Shown: in pieces, positions 36,131 to 37,015 of the stretch
How the letters are laid out: each line of letters opens with the position of its first letter
Numbering within the stretch: position 1 is the first letter of the stretch
Origin: Alphaproteobacteria bacterium
GTDB lineage: Bacteria; Pseudomonadota; Alphaproteobacteria; UBA9219; RFNS01
Length of the DNA stretch: 37,015 nucleotides
NCBI GenBank assembly: GCA_017996055.1
Contig: JAGOHT010000002.1
Location: 1-37,015 of the forward strand
Direction of reading: 5' to 3'
The notes under the pieces: generated by a model
What the model saw: only the letters and a program-made list of their open reading frames with translations
What the model was told of the DNA's origin: nothing
Database searches by the model: none
Translations under genes and position numbers: made by a program

Positions 36131-36247
36131 ATGTGGTACTTTAGCTGGATTCTAGGTCTTGGGTTGGCCTGCGGTTTCGCAGTTCTCAACGCGTTATGGT
36201 TTGAGTTAGATGCTGACAAGAGTGCCAACAAGATGTCTGACGATTAA
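36131..36247 (+). CDS. cydX: cytochrome bd oxidase small subunit CydX
   Basis: 38 aa, MWYFSWILGLGLACGFAVLNALWFELDADKSANKMSDD. It has the MWYF.WILG signature. GAGGAAAG RBS upstream. Not in the ORF track because it is too short. Confidence 0.85.
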   Translation: MWYFSWILGLGLACGFAVLNALWFELDADKSANKMSDD

Positions 36248-36566
36248 CTAAATTGTATTTTGGGGCATTCTTTTAGTATCGGACTGTTCTGCTCTGGCTT
36301 GGGGAATGCATTGCCGGCTTGGCCGGCAAATCACGGAACCGAGAAGCTGAACATTACTTTCAGTATAACGCGACCTAAACCCAAAAACAGGATTCTGTGC
36401 CTCTATATATAGGAGGGTAATTTGCTGTTTGGAGCCATACATCCTCAAATCAAGTGCATCATCGGGAGTGCTAACTTGTAAAACATGGACGCTATGGAAC
36501 GTCTGGAGACGATGGGGAACGTTGACGGACAAACGCGCTAGAAGTGCATGAAAACGTTGATTTTAC

Positions 36567-36594
36567 TTGACTTTCTCTAATCTCGTGATATGGT
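36567..36594 (+). promoter_or_regulatory. candidate sigma70 promoter TTGACT-16 nt-TATGGT
   Basis: -35 at 36567-36572 and -10 at 36589-36594. It is followed within about 110 nt by two plus-strand terminator-like hairpins. Confidence 0.3.
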
Positions 36595-36625
36595 ACACGT
36601 ACATTGTGAGACATAATTTTTTGTA

Positions 36626-36656
36626 GTCGTTCAGGCTTTGTCTGTGCGGCTTTTTT
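36626..36656 (+). terminator. weak intrinsic terminator candidate
   Basis: GUCGUUC (36626-36632) pairs with GUGCGGC (36644-36650), with 2 G-U pairs and 1 mismatch, and is followed by T6 (36651-36656). Confidence 0.3.
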
Positions 36657-36678
36657 ATTACCTAAATTTCTGTGCCCC

Positions 36679-36710
36679 GCTGCCTGTTCGTACGAACGGC
36701 GGCTTTTTTT
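36679..36710 (+). terminator. intrinsic (rho-independent) terminator
   Basis: GCUGCC(U)GUUC - GUAC loop - GAAC GGCGGC gives a stem of about 10 bp with one bulge and one G-U pair, followed by T7 (36704-36710). Confidence 0.6.
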
Positions 36711-36744
36711 ATTTCCAAAATTTATATTTATCCGGAGGTATGCC

Positions 36745-37015
36745 ATGTCAGGTCACGATACCGAGAAACCCGACATCCGTCTTCAATTTCGGCAAGCAGC
36801 AATAGCGGCCTGTAAGCTTGAGACTGATACCAACACGGACTCCCACGCATCACCCAAATTGTCAGCCAATGGTAGCACCAACAAGGTGGACTCCCAGTGG
36901 TCAGACCAGAAGGGTAACACCAAGAGTTCCACGCAAGTTGCGCCCTTGGTCAGACCACCTGTGGTCAGACCAAAAGCATGCGGGCTAAAGCCCAAGCGGA
37001 AACGACCCTACAGGC
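36745..37015 (+). CDS. possible 5' part of a protein gene running off the right edge (unknown function)
   Basis: GGAGG sits 6 nt upstream of the ATG, and the frame is open for 90 codons to the window end (MSGHDTEKPDIRLQFRQAAIAACKLETDT...KPKRKRPYR). The sequence is low-complexity Ser/Thr/Lys/Pro-rich and is overlaid by DNA-level palindromes, so coding status is uncertain. Confidence 0.3.
   Translation, partial: MSGHDTEKPDIRLQFRQAAIAACKLETDTNTDSHASPKLSANGSTNKVDSQWSDQKGNTKSSTQVAPLVRPPVVRPKACGLKPKRKRPYR
36898..36972. repeat. three exact copies of the 11-bp palindrome TGGTCAGACCA
   Basis: Copies at 36898-36908, 36947-36957 and 36962-36972. GGACTCCCA also occurs twice (36837-36845 and 36888-36896). 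Confidence 0.85.

Noticed and set aside
36311-36329. GC-rich hairpin TTGCCGGC-TTG-GCCGGCAA, 64 nt after cydX
   Set aside because: It has an 8-bp stem but no U-tract on either strand and a 3-nt loop. It was not called as a terminator. The convincing terminator is at 36679-36710.
36411-36481. Strong AGGAGG followed 5 nt later by TTG and a 19-codon ORF (MLFGAIHPQIKCIIGSANL)
   Set aside because: Only a TTG start is available, the ORF is very short, and there is no hydrophobic or otherwise telling character. It cannot be supported without ribosome profiling or conservation.
36248-36746. Minus-strand ORFs 36248..36532 (94 aa) and 36492..36746 (84 aa)
   Set aside because: The first has a TTG start and no RBS, and neither shows a recognisable motif. 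The second runs antisense through the promoter and terminator elements. I consider the region non-coding or regulatory.
1-37015. CRISPR arrays, rRNA genes, IS elements, transposases and integrases
   Set aside because: No regularly spaced direct repeats, no rRNA-like conserved stretches, and no DDE/tyrosine-recombinase-like ORFs were seen in any frame of the ORF track.

Overview
This is a 37-kb chromosomal segment that reads like an alphaproteobacterium: a long NrdJ-type RNR homologue, dsbA-family/smc, gmk, and a KdpF ending ALLKPEIF. All family calls were made by eye from motifs; no searches were run.

Composition splits the window. Positions 1-9.7 kb are GC-rich housekeeping DNA: a partial unknown gene, an NrdJ-like gene, a DsbA-family gene, smc, an SDR and gmk. 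Positions 9.7-13.5 kb are intermediate: an orphan protein, a fused membrane/spermidine-synthase-like protein and an FKBP. From about 13.5 kb to the end the DNA is visibly AT-richer and accessory in character.

The accessory part contains:
- an XRE/S24 repressor, a cytochrome c fusion protein and a rhomboid-TPR protease;
- a complete kdpFABC-kdpDE locus bracketed by two direct copies of a tRNA-Val-like 3' half;
- a sulfide-stress supercluster. A SqrR/BigR-like ArsR regulator heads a rhodanese / RND adaptor / RND pump / SAM-methyltransferase operon. This operon is divergent from sqr, which is followed by a tightly coupled chain of two DUF2892 proteins, a Cys-free ArsR, an AhpD-like protein, a CydP-like protein and cydABX.

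The window ends in a stretch with a promoter-like site, tandem intrinsic terminators and three copies of an 11-bp palindrome. I saw no rRNA, intact tRNA, CRISPR array, transposase or integrase.

Most notable observations:
1. The sqr-to-cydX gene chain, and the RND/methyltransferase operon behind a persulfide-sensor-like regulator.
2. An intact 1014-aa NrdJ homologue with no N-x-C-x-E radical-site motif, preceded by a perfect inverted pair of DnaA boxes.
3. The tRNA-half repeats delimiting the kdp module.
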